Of a DNA stretch of 64,000 bases, positions 12,265 through 23,504 are shown one piece after another. The DNA lies in NCBI RefSeq assembly GCF_000143415.4, contig NW_003314314.1:1121771-1185770 (forward strand). Reading direction: 5' to 3'. Positions within the stretch are counted from its first letter, which is position 1. Each line of letters begins with the position of its first letter. The notes beneath the pieces are model-generated. The model saw nothing but the letters and a program-made list of their open reading frames with translations. It was not told the origin of the DNA and did not search any database. Source of the DNA: Selaginella moellendorffii. Its lineage: Eukaryota; Plantae; Lycopodiophyta. Both the position numbers and the translations under genes were made by a program.

Positions 12265-15090
12265 ATGGCCTCCGCAAGTGCGACGCATGTTCCCTCCGTG
12301 GATCTTAAGAACCGTGCTACATGGATTCAGGCAAAGGTGTTTCTAAACAACCCCGAAGGGGAGGTGGTAGCTGAGGGCTTAGCCACAGTTGTCGATCCAA
12401 GAGATGCGGTTGCTAATCAAGAATTGGGCTGGGATGATATTGGAGTTGCGATTTTAGAGGTTGTTGACACAGAAGAAAACAGTCTGACTATTGGAAGCAT
12501 TGTGCGGTGGAAATTGAGGCACTTAGTGTTTGAGAATGTGAAGGATTCACAATCAAACACCACTACAACTGATGATAGAACATCTCTTCATGGGAAAAGA
12601 AAGTACACCTTCCTAAAACGCAGCCAAAGGGATCTGAGCAACGAACCGAAAAGGCAGAAAATGGCGATGGAGGTTCGAATGGTCTCGACAGTTGCTTGTT
12701 GCAAGAGGAGGTGCTGTCAACATGCTGATTGGGATGCTATTGAAGAGGAGAGAGCAAGATACAAGACATTGTCCTGGAAGGCAGCTCGCAATTTTGTGTA
12801 TGAGGCATTACGGTCATCTGTTGATGCTTCAGAACATCAGGTGGGGGGCATGGTCTTCCAAAGGGGTTTGGTCTACATTAAGGCATGGAGAATCATTTAT
12901 GGAGTCCCTCGAACCACATTCTACAGAATCAAAACTGAGTTCGAGGAACAAAGGGTTCAACAGGCAGTCCATGGGAACGATGGTACTCACAAAACCAGGG
13001 GTCATGTTGTATATGGAGAGGCAATCTTCAAGAGGTTTGTCGAGACATGTAGCGAGTAGCAACCACATAAAACCCGCCTCTTGGAAGATGGAACTCGAGA
13101 CACCTAACGAGTTCTCCCTTCCATGTATACCAAGGGGGCCATATTGGAAGATGTGAATCGGGAACTCCAGAGTAATGGCTACAGGAAGCTGAGCCAATCT
13201 AGATTTAGTAGATTGTGGAGCAACAAGTTTAGGGATGTGAGTATAGGAAAGTACTCCAGCTTTTCAAAGTGTGACGAGTGCACTGCTATCAAAATGGCTT
13301 TGTCGAAGAATTCTTGCATCGCTCAAGAGCGAGAGACGTTGGTTAGAAGGCGGCTCGACCACAACATCGAGCAGAGAAGCTGCAGGACTGCATATTATCA
13401 TAACAGGATTCTCTCCATGGAGAGACCTGACTCTTACCTCTGCATCATCCACGACAAAATGGACCAGAAAAAGACGTGCTTACCTCGACTCAATCCTGCC
13501 CCCAAGGCAATCTCTTCATCCATGCAGCTGCCTGTGTCTCTGTTTGGCATAATCGCTCATGGGCATGGTGCCCAGAACTATGGGAACTTCTTTGTACCTC
13601 TATGGGGTGGCAGGGGTGCAAACATGATGATTGCGTCCCTAGCAAAACACTTAAGGTCTCTGCAAAGTGCGCAGACTGAGCTGAACGGCCAACCTTTGCA
13701 TAAGGCCCTTGTCGATCGAACCCCATACAGGGTTTAGCTAGAGGAGGAGCAAAGGCTTGCAGTATCGCATGGGGCCCTATGCCATCCCAGTGAATATGTT
13801 GGCCGTCAGATTGTAGGGTTATCACGTGAGGCCTCATGCCATTCCGACGAGGCTGGTCGCCCGGTGAATGCACAGCCTCATCCAAACAAAGCAGAATCTC
13901 AAGGAAGTTCTTGCGGCCGATGTGGCCTTCCACCCCATCTTCTGCTCCAAACAGACAATGCTGGCAGTGAGAACAAAAACATGTACGTCTTCGCGTACTT
14001 GGCGATGCTTGTTGCCAAAGGCATATTTGAAATGGTTACACTTGGCTTTCTCATGGTTGGGCACACTTATGAAGACGTCGATGCCATGTTCAGTCACCTG
14101 GCAGAGTCCCTCCGGCGATCCAATGTCCTCACCCTCCCACAACTCTACGATGAATTCCAAAATTGCATCAAAGGCACTGTTGAAGCTGCACTTCTGACAG
14201 AGGTTCCAGACTTTAAGGGGTTTGTAAGAGGCTACATCAGGGACGGATCCGAAACGCTGATTGGCCACTCTAAGCCTCTTCAGTTTCATTTCAGCATGCG
14301 TGACGGTGCTCCAGTGATGAGGTACAAGATGAGAGAATGGGACACAGTGTGGCTGCTAGTGGACGGCATTGAACTCTTCAAGAGAGATCCCATAACTGGG
14401 GAACCTATGATTCCTCAGGGTTCCCCACGGCCGATGCACCCGGATGGACTCAAAGACCAGGAAAGTATAGTGGCCGGGATTAGACAGCATATTGCCTTCT
14501 AGAAGAGGGGGTTGGTGTTTGGTGGAGAATCCTATTTTCAGAGGTGCAAGCCTTTTCTCGAATACTGGGAGAAGATTATATCTGCTATCCAAAATGGGCC
14601 GGTTGTATATGAAGAATTGGAAGAGTCCTTTTGGCCAGAACCCAGAGCACCAGATAGTAGCGGAATAATGTCCTCTGGAAATGCAGTGACAGATAACGAT
14701 GTTGAGGATCACTATTGTGGGCCGAGGAACAAGAAGCCGGATTCAGCATTCAATCCAGTACAGGTTTGCAAAGGAATGGTCGTGCTTGTCAAACCCAGTA
14801 ATAAAAAACAAATGATATGGGTGGGGCGCTGCATCACTGATGCAGAGGAGGACGCGGAAACTAACTCCTTCAATGTAGCTGTGGAGTGGTTCAAGCCAAG
14901 TTCCGGATATACGAAGGATTGCCTAGAAAAGAGATGGGTGCTGAATCCAAGGGATCCCAGCATGAGCATATCGGTGGATAATGTTGTGCATGGTTGGATG
15001 CGGAAGCAGAGTGCCACCATCACCTTGCCAGACCATGCAAGAGATGCAGCAAGAGCATTCATAACCCGGGTTCAAGGTGAGATTCATTAA
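12265..15090 (+). pseudogene. Sola-like DDD transposase (DUF7869-type), ~940 codons, with 4 premature stops
   Basis: ORFs 12265, 13123, 13864 and 14512 are all in one frame; stops at 13057, 13105, 13735 and 14500 are explicable as CAG/CAA/TGG transitions. Motifs: FSKCDEC (CxxC), IIHDKMDQ, LQTDNAGSENKN and FLMVGHTYEDVDAMFS. A splice acceptor (tttcag) lies just before the ATG. Confidence 0.82.
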
Positions 15091-15788
15091 TATTCCTTTA
15101 CTAAGTTTCTAATATATTTTATTTCAAGGTGAACAATCCGAATCTGAATCAGAGGAGGCGTGATGGCATGTGGCCTTATGCCATTCCTAGATGAGATGAT
15201 ACAAATAACAAGTATAAATTCTTAGTTGTTCTAGCAAATCTTACTTAAAGTTCAAGGTGAACAAGCCGAATATGAATTCATCGGATTGTTATAACAAATT
15301 GCGAGGTGATGGCATGAAGCGATACGCCATTTGAGAGTGGTAGCCATTCCTATATGAGGTGAGTGAAATATTTATTAGAAATACCTCATTCAATTGTGCA
15401 CTTCTAAGTCTTGGTCCACTCAGTACTGTTTGCATGTTTCTATTTTAATTCTTTCTCTAAAATGTTATTTAGCATGTGGCTTCATGCCATTGCTCTCCAC
15501 AATCATGCATTGAATTTTTCTATCCTTGCATAATACTTCTTCATATATATAGCATGTGCGCACATGTGATATGGTTCATTAGGCCTGATATAGTGTGTGA
15601 GGTAAAACAAAGATGATGTGACATATGCATTTACCAATCACACGTGCATAAATCTAATAATATGGCATGTGGCCCATATTAATGGCACATAAACCCATAT
15701 TGTGGGCTTACGTGCTTTATGTACCATCATTCCCTTGCAGCGTGTGTGTTGGTTTCCTTTTATAACACAATGAACTCCATATTTTAGG

Positions 15789-16061
15789 GTGAAGAGCGTT
15801 CTCATGGCAAGCACAAAATCTGTAAGTGAGGCAGAAAAGGAGACGGAGAAGGAGATAGGTGAAGATGTAGAATATATAAGTCTTCCAAACTCCCCGTACT
15901 ATACTCCAGGTGGTCATTTTTCTAAACAAACGGCAACATTAACAACTATCGAGAACGCCTCAGTAATGTCAGAGACAACAATCCAAAGCAAAATAACTGA
16001 CCCGGAGAAGGATGATAGTACCGCTGAGAGTACCAAAAAGGAGGTGTCCACTAGCACTTAG
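15789..16061 (+). CDS. Possible extra exon or small ORF inside the transposon (S/T/E-rich)
   Basis: 90-codon open frame preceded by an attttag acceptor-like site in otherwise AT-rich DNA. No recognisable domain. Confidence 0.3.
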   Translation: MKSVLMASTKSVSEAEKETEKEIGEDVEYISLPNSPYYTPGGHFSKQTATLTTIENASVMSETTIQSKITDPEKDDSTAESTKKEVSTST

Positions 16062-17744
16062 GCTTATAATGGCGTGTGCCCTCATGCCATTTACTTGATC
16101 ACCAAATACCTTTTTCCCTTTGCACTAGTATATCTTAATACCGGTCTGAGAAATAGAATGGCATGTGCCCTCAGGCCTTTTACTAAATCACCTTTGAAAG
16201 AAATGCAAGCCTCTATGTCGTAAAAAAAAGGTACTAGAGAAATTCCTTAATAATATGAATGTTATTTAGTTTCATGAAAATACACTAAGGGTCAAATGAG
16301 TTAAATGACTTCTCCAGACTAGCAATGCCTCTTGCTACACCTTCACAATTAGATTCGTTAGAAAAAGATAATATTGAATAATATCTAAATGTTCTCACCA
16401 TTAAGTTATATGTCTGGCTAATAGGAATGACGTTCATCTTGGAAAGCTCACCACACGCTCAATGAACAAACAAATAGTGTGTGCGCGCATGCCATCGCTC
16501 TTCTTTAGCTTCAGATTCGGCTTGTTCACCTTGACAATGAGATTTATTATACAACCAGATGGACTCAATCTAGACACAAAGTCACCGCACTAGTCACCAT
16601 GCCCCAGATATGTCTAGCCCCTGGACAAAAAACATATAATTTCACGTCATTTTCAAATACTTGAAAATTTGTACCTAGTCCCATTTTACTGAATAAATCC
16701 CACTTTAACGAAATAGAGCTTGGGAGTGGAACTCTAAACGAAGTGCTCGAAGGATGAGTATGAAGCAATTAGTGAATGAGTCTCTAAAATGGGACATAAG
16801 AAGGACTAACACATGGTAAGTGTCGTGACACATAGAAGTGTCAAGAATGAGTTCGAGAAGGAGTTTGAGACAGAGTCTGAGATGGAGTCCAATATGGACT
16901 TGAGATGAACTCAAGATGAAGTCCGAGATGGACCCGAGATGGAGTCTGAGATGGACCTGAGATGCAATCCAAGATGGAGTCCAAGATGGAGTTCAAGATG
17001 GAGTCTAAGATGGACCCGAGATGGAGTATAAGATGGACCCGAGATGGAGTTTGAGATGGACTCTGAGATGGAGTCCTAGATGGAGTCCAAGATGGACTCC
17101 AAGATGGAGTCCCAGATGGAGTTCGAGATGAATCCGAGATGGAGTCCAAGGTCAAGTCCGAGGTCAAGTCTGAAATGCACCTAAGATGGAGTTCGAGGTC
17201 GAGGCCAAGAAAGAGACTGAGACTGAGTTTGAGACCAAGACCAAGTCCGAGACTGAGTTCGAGTTTGAGTCTAAGTCTGAGTCTAAGTCTGAGTTCGAGG
17301 ATGAAAACCCAAAGCAATTGTCTCCCAAACCCTAAGGGGTTTGGTGAGCTCCAAAAGTATAGTAGGGGGAGGACTCCAGTGGTGCCAGTTTGGCCAGGAA
17401 AGGCCAGTGTGACCAAGGAAGGTTATACCCACATATTAGGTAATGATATAACCACTGAGGAGTCCAATGCTAGAGTGAATATGGACAGACAAGCGAAGTA
17501 GCTTGGTGAAGTATTCAAGAGCCAACTCTACCTCCCCCGAGAGATTAAATAGTCGATGCTCCCAATCCAAGTGTGGATGGCACTACCTACTTGGATACCT
17601 AGCATGGCTTATCGGAACCTCACTCTATCCATATGGCTGGGGCACCTAAAGGTAGAAGGTGGGGAGACTACCCAGGAGGCTTATGTAGGGCCATGGTGTT
17701 TCAAAATATTATCCTAAGATCCCAGTATGGAAAGGAAGAGCAAG

Positions 17745-18904
17745 TGTAGCGCATGTGATTATGGGATGAAATTTGGATATACTGTCACTGTGGATCTTTG
17801 GAATCTTAGGGGATAAATGAGGATAAATTAGCCACTAAGGGCTCTCTTATCAAGCAATTTCCCCTTTTCCAGTTGGCTTAAGGGGAGAGAGATAGGGTGC
17901 ACTACATGTGGTATCAGAGAAAATGGAACGGGTTCGATTCCCATTGATTAGTGGCTACTTAAAAAATATAATATACCCTTAAGCAAGGTATATTTCTACC
18001 CCTATGAAATCATATGTATTGGGCATCCATGTGTACGTCCTTCCTCTTGTGTGGAGTATCCACAAATGAAGGTATCCACCGTGGAATTGTGGTACGGGTG
18101 GATGACTAGTTGCCTCACATGGAATAGCTAGTGTACACAATGGAAGGATTGGTAAATTCAGTGTAGAAATGGAGGTGTTAGTTCTCCTTGGCTCAGTAGG
18201 GATTGTTAGTCAATAGTTAATAAAGACATTACATCTCTGAAGGGGGGGGGGGGGGCGGGGGGGTGTTAGGATCCTATCCCTTACACCCTAAGCCAACTGG
18301 CTAGATCCTATCCCTTACACCCTAAGCCAACTGGCTAAAGGGGTGATCACTTGATTGCAGAGCCCTTTCTTTATCTTATTATCCTGACTTGGTGCCTAAT
18401 AATCCTCCCTCTCGTCAGGGAATGATCGTCCGCGATCATACTTAAGCCACCCTCCGGTCACCATGGTCCTTCTCTTAGGGTCTACCAAACCTTGGTTCTC
18501 CCCCTAGATTCACTATGTTGAATATTCCTTCAAAATATTCCTGCCCCACTCGTCAGCCACGAGAATTGAACTAGGCTCTGATACTAATGTTAGGACCCTA
18601 TCCCTTACACCCTAAGCCAATTGGCTAAAGGGGTGATCACTTGATTGCAGGGCCCTTTCTTTATCCTATTATCCTGACTTGGTGCCTACCAGGGGGGGGT
18701 CCTGACCTGGTGCCTAATAGGTGGGGGTGGGGGGGGGGGGGAGTGTAGCGTATAGATTATGGGATGAGATTTCGATATACTGTTATTGTGGATCCTTGGA
18801 ACCTTGGGGGATAAATAAGGATAAAATAACCACTAAGGGTTCTCTCATCAAGCAATTGCCCCTTTTCCAGTTGGCTTAAGGGGAGAGAAATAGGGTGTGC
18901 TACA
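17745..18904 (+). mobile_element. TRIM-1 (non-autonomous miniature LTR element)
   Basis: LTRs at 17745-17906 and 18744-18904 (TG..CA), PBS tggtatcagag (tRNA-iMet) at 17909, poly-G PPT, TSD gcaag/acaag, no coding capacity. Confidence 0.9.
18264..18691 (-). mobile_element. TRIM-2 nested antisense in the poly-G tract of TRIM-1
   Basis: LTRs at 18264-18401 (with a 34-bp internal duplication) and 18588-18691. Reverse-strand PBS (gctctgatac at 18575-18584) and PPT (atcctccctct at 18402). Flanked by G runs. Confidence 0.85.
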
Positions 18905-19399
18905 ACAAGAGTCCTCTTACGTAGAGACCAAGGATATGGTCATGCAATGAGGAAGTCCCAAAGGTCAATGGGATTTAGTGGTCGGGTCTTTGGGCCAGGA
19001 CCCAGTGGCAGTGTTGGCAAGCACTGCCATGGATAGAGATGGACTTGGAGGGGACTAAAAAAGGGATATTAGGAAAAAGTGTTCTTTTTATCTCCAAGCA
19101 TCTTAAGGATGTTAAGGTGTGGTCATGAGATGACCACTCATAGATGGATGGTCCAATCTTTGGGAGATAGGATTGTGGTGTAGGTGGTTTTGGACTACTA
19201 GTGTGACAAAGGGGAATGAATATAGCCTCATATGGATCATTTAGACCAAATGCTATGGTAGAGTGGCATAAATGTCATTCATAGGGCTACAAAGTCCCCA
19301 AGTCCAAAATAAGACTTATGGAGGTTGTAAGTGAGATTCCTCTAAGTAGTCAGAGGTGTTGTTAAGTAATTAAAGTAAAATAAAAAATTTAGTCAATTA

Positions 19400-20009
19400 C
19401 ACTTATACTCCTCTATATTCTTACTAAAAACAAGAATATATCATCATAAAAAATAATACCGTCCTAAAAAATCTCTACAAACTTATGAAGATAACACCTA
19501 AATACCTTCATCATCAACCAAATAACTATAGTAGGTACATTTGTCAAACAAAACGGCATAACTATAAACTCAAAATGCTTGAAACTTATATTGAATGATG
19601 TCTTAGAGACAAATGCATCATCCATTGCAATTTAATGATATCCACTCTTCAAATCAATCTTAGTAAACACTTATGCCTTACCAAACTTTTCTAAGATATC
19701 ATCCACATGTAGCATTGGCACTTATCCTTCACTATCTTTTTGTTCAAGATATAGTAGACAATACATATCTACATTGAACCATCCTTTTTCACGAGAAAAA
19801 TTGGAGCATTAAATGGAGACTTACTTGGTTGAATACGTTCAAACTCAAGTAACTCCTTAACTTATCATTGAACTTCTTACTCCTTCACATAACTTAACCA
19901 AATGGACATTAGTAAATTGGCCGCGTCTTTGGCTCCAATGTAATCCCATGCTCTACACCTCATAATGGAGGCAACCCATAAGGAAGTTCAGATAGAAAAA
20001 CATTAGAAA
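19400..20009 (-). pseudogene. Degenerate Gypsy RT fragment
   Basis: The minus strand gives SKSPFNAPIFL..KKDGSM and FTKIDLKSGYH-like motifs with many stops. Confidence 0.65.
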
Positions 20010-20960
20010 TGTAGCACACCTGGTTTTAACCCTTTATCCTATGGTGATTTACCATAGAATAACACCACAAAGTGGAACGTAAACCCTCCATATGCCATGT
20101 GTCATATGCCACGTATCACATACCATGTGTCTATAGGATAGTGGTGTGGAACCCAAGGTTCAAGGCCTTGAACCACTGAACTAATGAATGGTGCGAAACT
20201 CCCAAACATGGAGCTAAGGAGTGACAGAACCGGATCATAGAGAAACTCCCAAACATATAGCCCAAGGAATGAAAGTACAGAAGCCGAAGTGACTTGGAAC
20301 AATCCTAGAGAAACCAGCATCCCAATGCTAGGACTAGCATGCAAAATGGAGCCAAACGGAGTCTGGCACTATTTCGGCATACTGGTGGCCTAACGCAAGG
20401 ACATGGGTACTCTATCAGCTAGCATGGTGTGGAACTTGGGCTTAAACCCAAGTCAGATGCAAAACAAGGACAAGCATATAAGCAGGAGCTAGATTATGCC
20501 TTAGGTTGGTCAACCATGCTCGACTTACCCACTATCCCTACTATACATTTGGAGCCCCCCACAACCCCCCCCCCCGAGAAACACATGTTTTGGGCTTTCA
20601 CCCCAAGCCTCCCTTAGTATCAGGAGTTAATCTTTGAGACAAGCTTGAAACTTATTAAATATAGAATGTCTTTAGATTGCAAATTTGGACACGGGACGAA
20701 TACCATTGTGTTCAGGACGATCTCTACATTCCATAGATATGCCAAATGAGTGAATCTAGACACTTTCTATAAATATCATTTGGGATCGAAATGAGACTAA
20801 CACAAAGGGCATGATAGTGAGGGTGTTTGGCAGACATGGTCAGCTATCATCCAACGATATTGAGGGATTAGTTTCAATATGTGAGTTTTGTCAAGCTAGT
20901 GCAAGACAGAGCAAAAGAGAACTAAGAGCCAGGCCGAGTATGCTCAGCGAGAAACACATA
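20010..20960. mobile_element. Family-D LTR, partial copy
   Basis: Starts tgtagcacac and is colinear with 29486-~30465. Confidence 0.75.
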
Positions 20961-22030
20961 ACCTATTCCTTAAAGCCATTGGTGTAGTATCCCTATGGAT
21001 TTCATCATTTGTTTACCACAAACATAGAGGTAAAAGAAGCAAGTATAGATCATAGTGGATCAATTGATGAAGTATGTGCTGTTGTTGACTCTTCAGAAGA
21101 CTATCACTACCTCAGACTTGGATGCAATCTACTTGGAGAAGGTTTTTCTTGATTTTGGTTTGCCAAAGGACATCATTAGTAATTGAGATTCAAAATTCAC
21201 AAATGGATTTTGGAAAAACTTTGTGAAAGCTATGTAAGTGATTTTGAAATTCTCAAGTGAAGATCATCTTTAGATAGATGGGCAAACCGAGCATGTGAAT
21301 CAAGTGGTGGAAGATATGCTCTGTTGTAACATTGGTCAAAGGCAAGGATAGTGGGATTTATATCTTCCATTAGTGCAATTTACTTACAACAATAGTTAAC
21401 ACAGTGGAACCAAGCTAAATCTTTACTTTGCCATGTTTGGAAGGCATCCCCAAACAACAGTGGTGTTAGGATTGCCTTTAAGTAAGGATGTTCAAGATAA
21501 GCTTGATTCTAAAGCAACTGATTTAGCCACAAAACTTGATGAGATTCTGGTGGTGTGCAAACAGAATTTTCAAGCAGCTTAGGATAGAGTGGAGAAGTTT
21601 GCTAATGAGCATCGCCAATTCCGAGAATATCAAGTGGGTGATCTTGTCTTTGTGTGAGTGATCTTTCCATCAAGTGAGCGGCAGAACACCTTGGTGCCTT
21701 TATAGACAAGGAAGAGTAATAAACTTTCCCATCGATATGCTGGTCCATATGAAGTGCTAGAGCATATTGATAAAGTGGCTTATCAAGTGTAATTGCCAAC
21801 TGGGGTGAAAATTCATCTAGTATTTTATGTCAGCAAGTTGAAAGGTGGTACTATCTCGGAGTGATGGGCCCAATGCCTTTGTGATATATAAGGCTATGGA
21901 AAATGGACCAAGAGTTTGAGCAGGGTTTCCCAAAAAGGGTGATCACTGGTACAACTCATCCTTGGGACAAGGACATTGTTGGGGGGGAAGAATTGTTAGG
22001 CATCAGCTTTGACCACGTGGTCAATGTCGG
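20961..22030 (+). pseudogene. Degenerate Gypsy integrase fragment + PPT + LTR start
   Basis: Paralogous to 40275-41330. Motifs MDFI..L, DG QTEHVNQ and YAGPYEV; PPT gggggggaagaat followed by tgttagg. Confidence 0.7.
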
Positions 22031-22829
22031 TCAAAGGGAGGCTCAAGGGTATATTAAGGCATGTTAAGGTAAAGGACTTAACATACCCTAGGTGGAGTAG
22101 CGGCACAATGAAGCTTTTGAGGTAGCTTAGGGGTGGTTGGATGGTGAGGAACCTCAAAAGGTGGCATAATATAGTCTAGGGAGATTAAGTCTTTGTTTTT
22201 TTTATGCCAAATCATAACACTTTTATATCCCTTTTTAGAAACTTGCTTATTAATCACTTCATGCTTGTTCTTTAAGCACTTTTTTAGGAGTTCCACTCCT
22301 ACCCCCAACTTTCCAAATAGGAGCTTTTAGTCCAAACATAGTACACTCGTTGGACTTCCATTTTGGCCATTACTATAACACTCTTTTAGCACTCTTTTAG
22401 CCACTTTAGGATTTAGGAATTTATGTCTTACAACTCCACCACCTATATACAAAATTTGATGTCCTCATCAAATGATAAACCATTTTATAAAGTAATCTTA
22501 TCATGGATTACCATTTTTATCCTTCATATGAAGCCACTATTTATTAATGGTTTAACACCAAAGACTCACTAAGCTTTACATATCCTCTAAGAAGTAGATC
22601 ACTTATAGTGGTTCTCTCCCTTTGTTAGTTTAGTTCTTGCTAAACCCATTAGAGACACTTTATCTATCCTAATCTTACTAATTATTCTGGAGTAGTCTTA
22701 ACTCCTATCAACATAACCATCACACTTTAGAACCTTAATATTGACTTTTTGATTCAAGTTTTTAGGTGTCTTTGACATCTTCCATCACACATATTATGCA
22801 AACTTCATTCTCCTATCATAGGGAGTTTT

Positions 22830-23504
22830 TATAGCGCATATGATCATGGGATGAGATTTGGATATATTATTACCGTAGATCCTTGAAACCTTAAGGGATA
22901 CATAGGGATAAAATAGCTACCAAGGGCTCTCTTATCAAACAATTACCCTTTTTCCAATTAACTTAAAGGGAGAAAGATGTGCCATATGTGGTATCAAAGC
23001 AAATGGCATGGGTTGAATTCCCATTGATTAGTGGTTACTTAAAAATATAATTTACGCTTGAGCAAGGTATATTTCTACCCCTAAAATTTGAAATCATACG
23101 TATTGGGCATCCATGCGTACGTCCTTTCTCTTGTGTGGAGTATCCACGGACAAAAGTATCCATCATAGGACTGTGGTACGAGTGGATGACTAGTTGCTTC
23201 ACATGGAATAGTTAATCTATACAATGGAAGGATTGGTAAATTCAGTGCGGAAATGGAGGTATTAGTTCCTCTTGGCTCAATAAGGGTTATTAATCAATAG
23301 TTAATAAAGACATTGACATCTTTAAAGGGGGGCGGGGGGTGAGTGTAGTGCATTTGATCATAGGATGAGATTTAGATATACTATCACTATGGATCCTTGG
23401 AACCCTAGGGGATAAATAGGGATAAAATAGTCATTAAAGGCTTTCTCATTAAGCAATTGCCCCTTTTTCAATTAACTTAAGGGAAAGAGATAAGATGCGC
23501 TACA
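22830..23504 (+). mobile_element. Second TRIM-1 copy (675 bp, no nested insert)
   Basis: LTRs at ~22830-22986 and 23344-23504, PBS tggtatcaaagc, TSD gtttt/gttct. Confidence 0.88.

Larger units (their letters stand above)
6232..16495. repeat. ~25 dispersed copies of 22-bp palindrome ATGGCRTGWGGCCWCAYGCCAT
   Basis: Copies start at 6232, 6373, 7871, 9148, 9208, 9285, 10083, 10218, 10377, 10456, 11306, 11378, 11993, 12091, 12161, 13764, 13821, 15163, 15309, 15469, 15549, 15662, 16069, 16158 and 16474. Some are degenerate. Confidence 0.92.
4579..16721. mobile_element. 12.1-kb TIR DNA transposon, Sola-like, with two divergent genes
   Basis: TIRs are aagctttatttcgttaaagtggga (4579-4602) and tcccactttaacgaaatagagctt (16698-16721), matching at 23/24. 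TSD is GGGA (4575-4578, 16722-16725). The flanks rejoin into the family-B repeat, whose uninterrupted copy reads gttgagagt-gaga-gtggaac at ~2332-2351. It encodes a DDD-type transposase. Confidence 0.9.
16722..19390 (+). repeat. Family-B LTR-like repeat (continues from 4504-4578), interrupted by a TRIM
   Basis: Colinear with 2341-3950; GAGATGGAGTCC array at ~16845-17300. Confidence 0.75.

Noticed and set aside
6232-16495. Palindromes as a CRISPR array
   Set aside because: Spacing is irregular (tens of bp to >1 kb), copies lie in introns, there are no cas genes, and the context is eukaryotic.
17745-17906. TRIM-1 as a Cassandra (5S-bearing) element
   Set aside because: No recognisable 5S rRNA A/C-box segment in the LTR.
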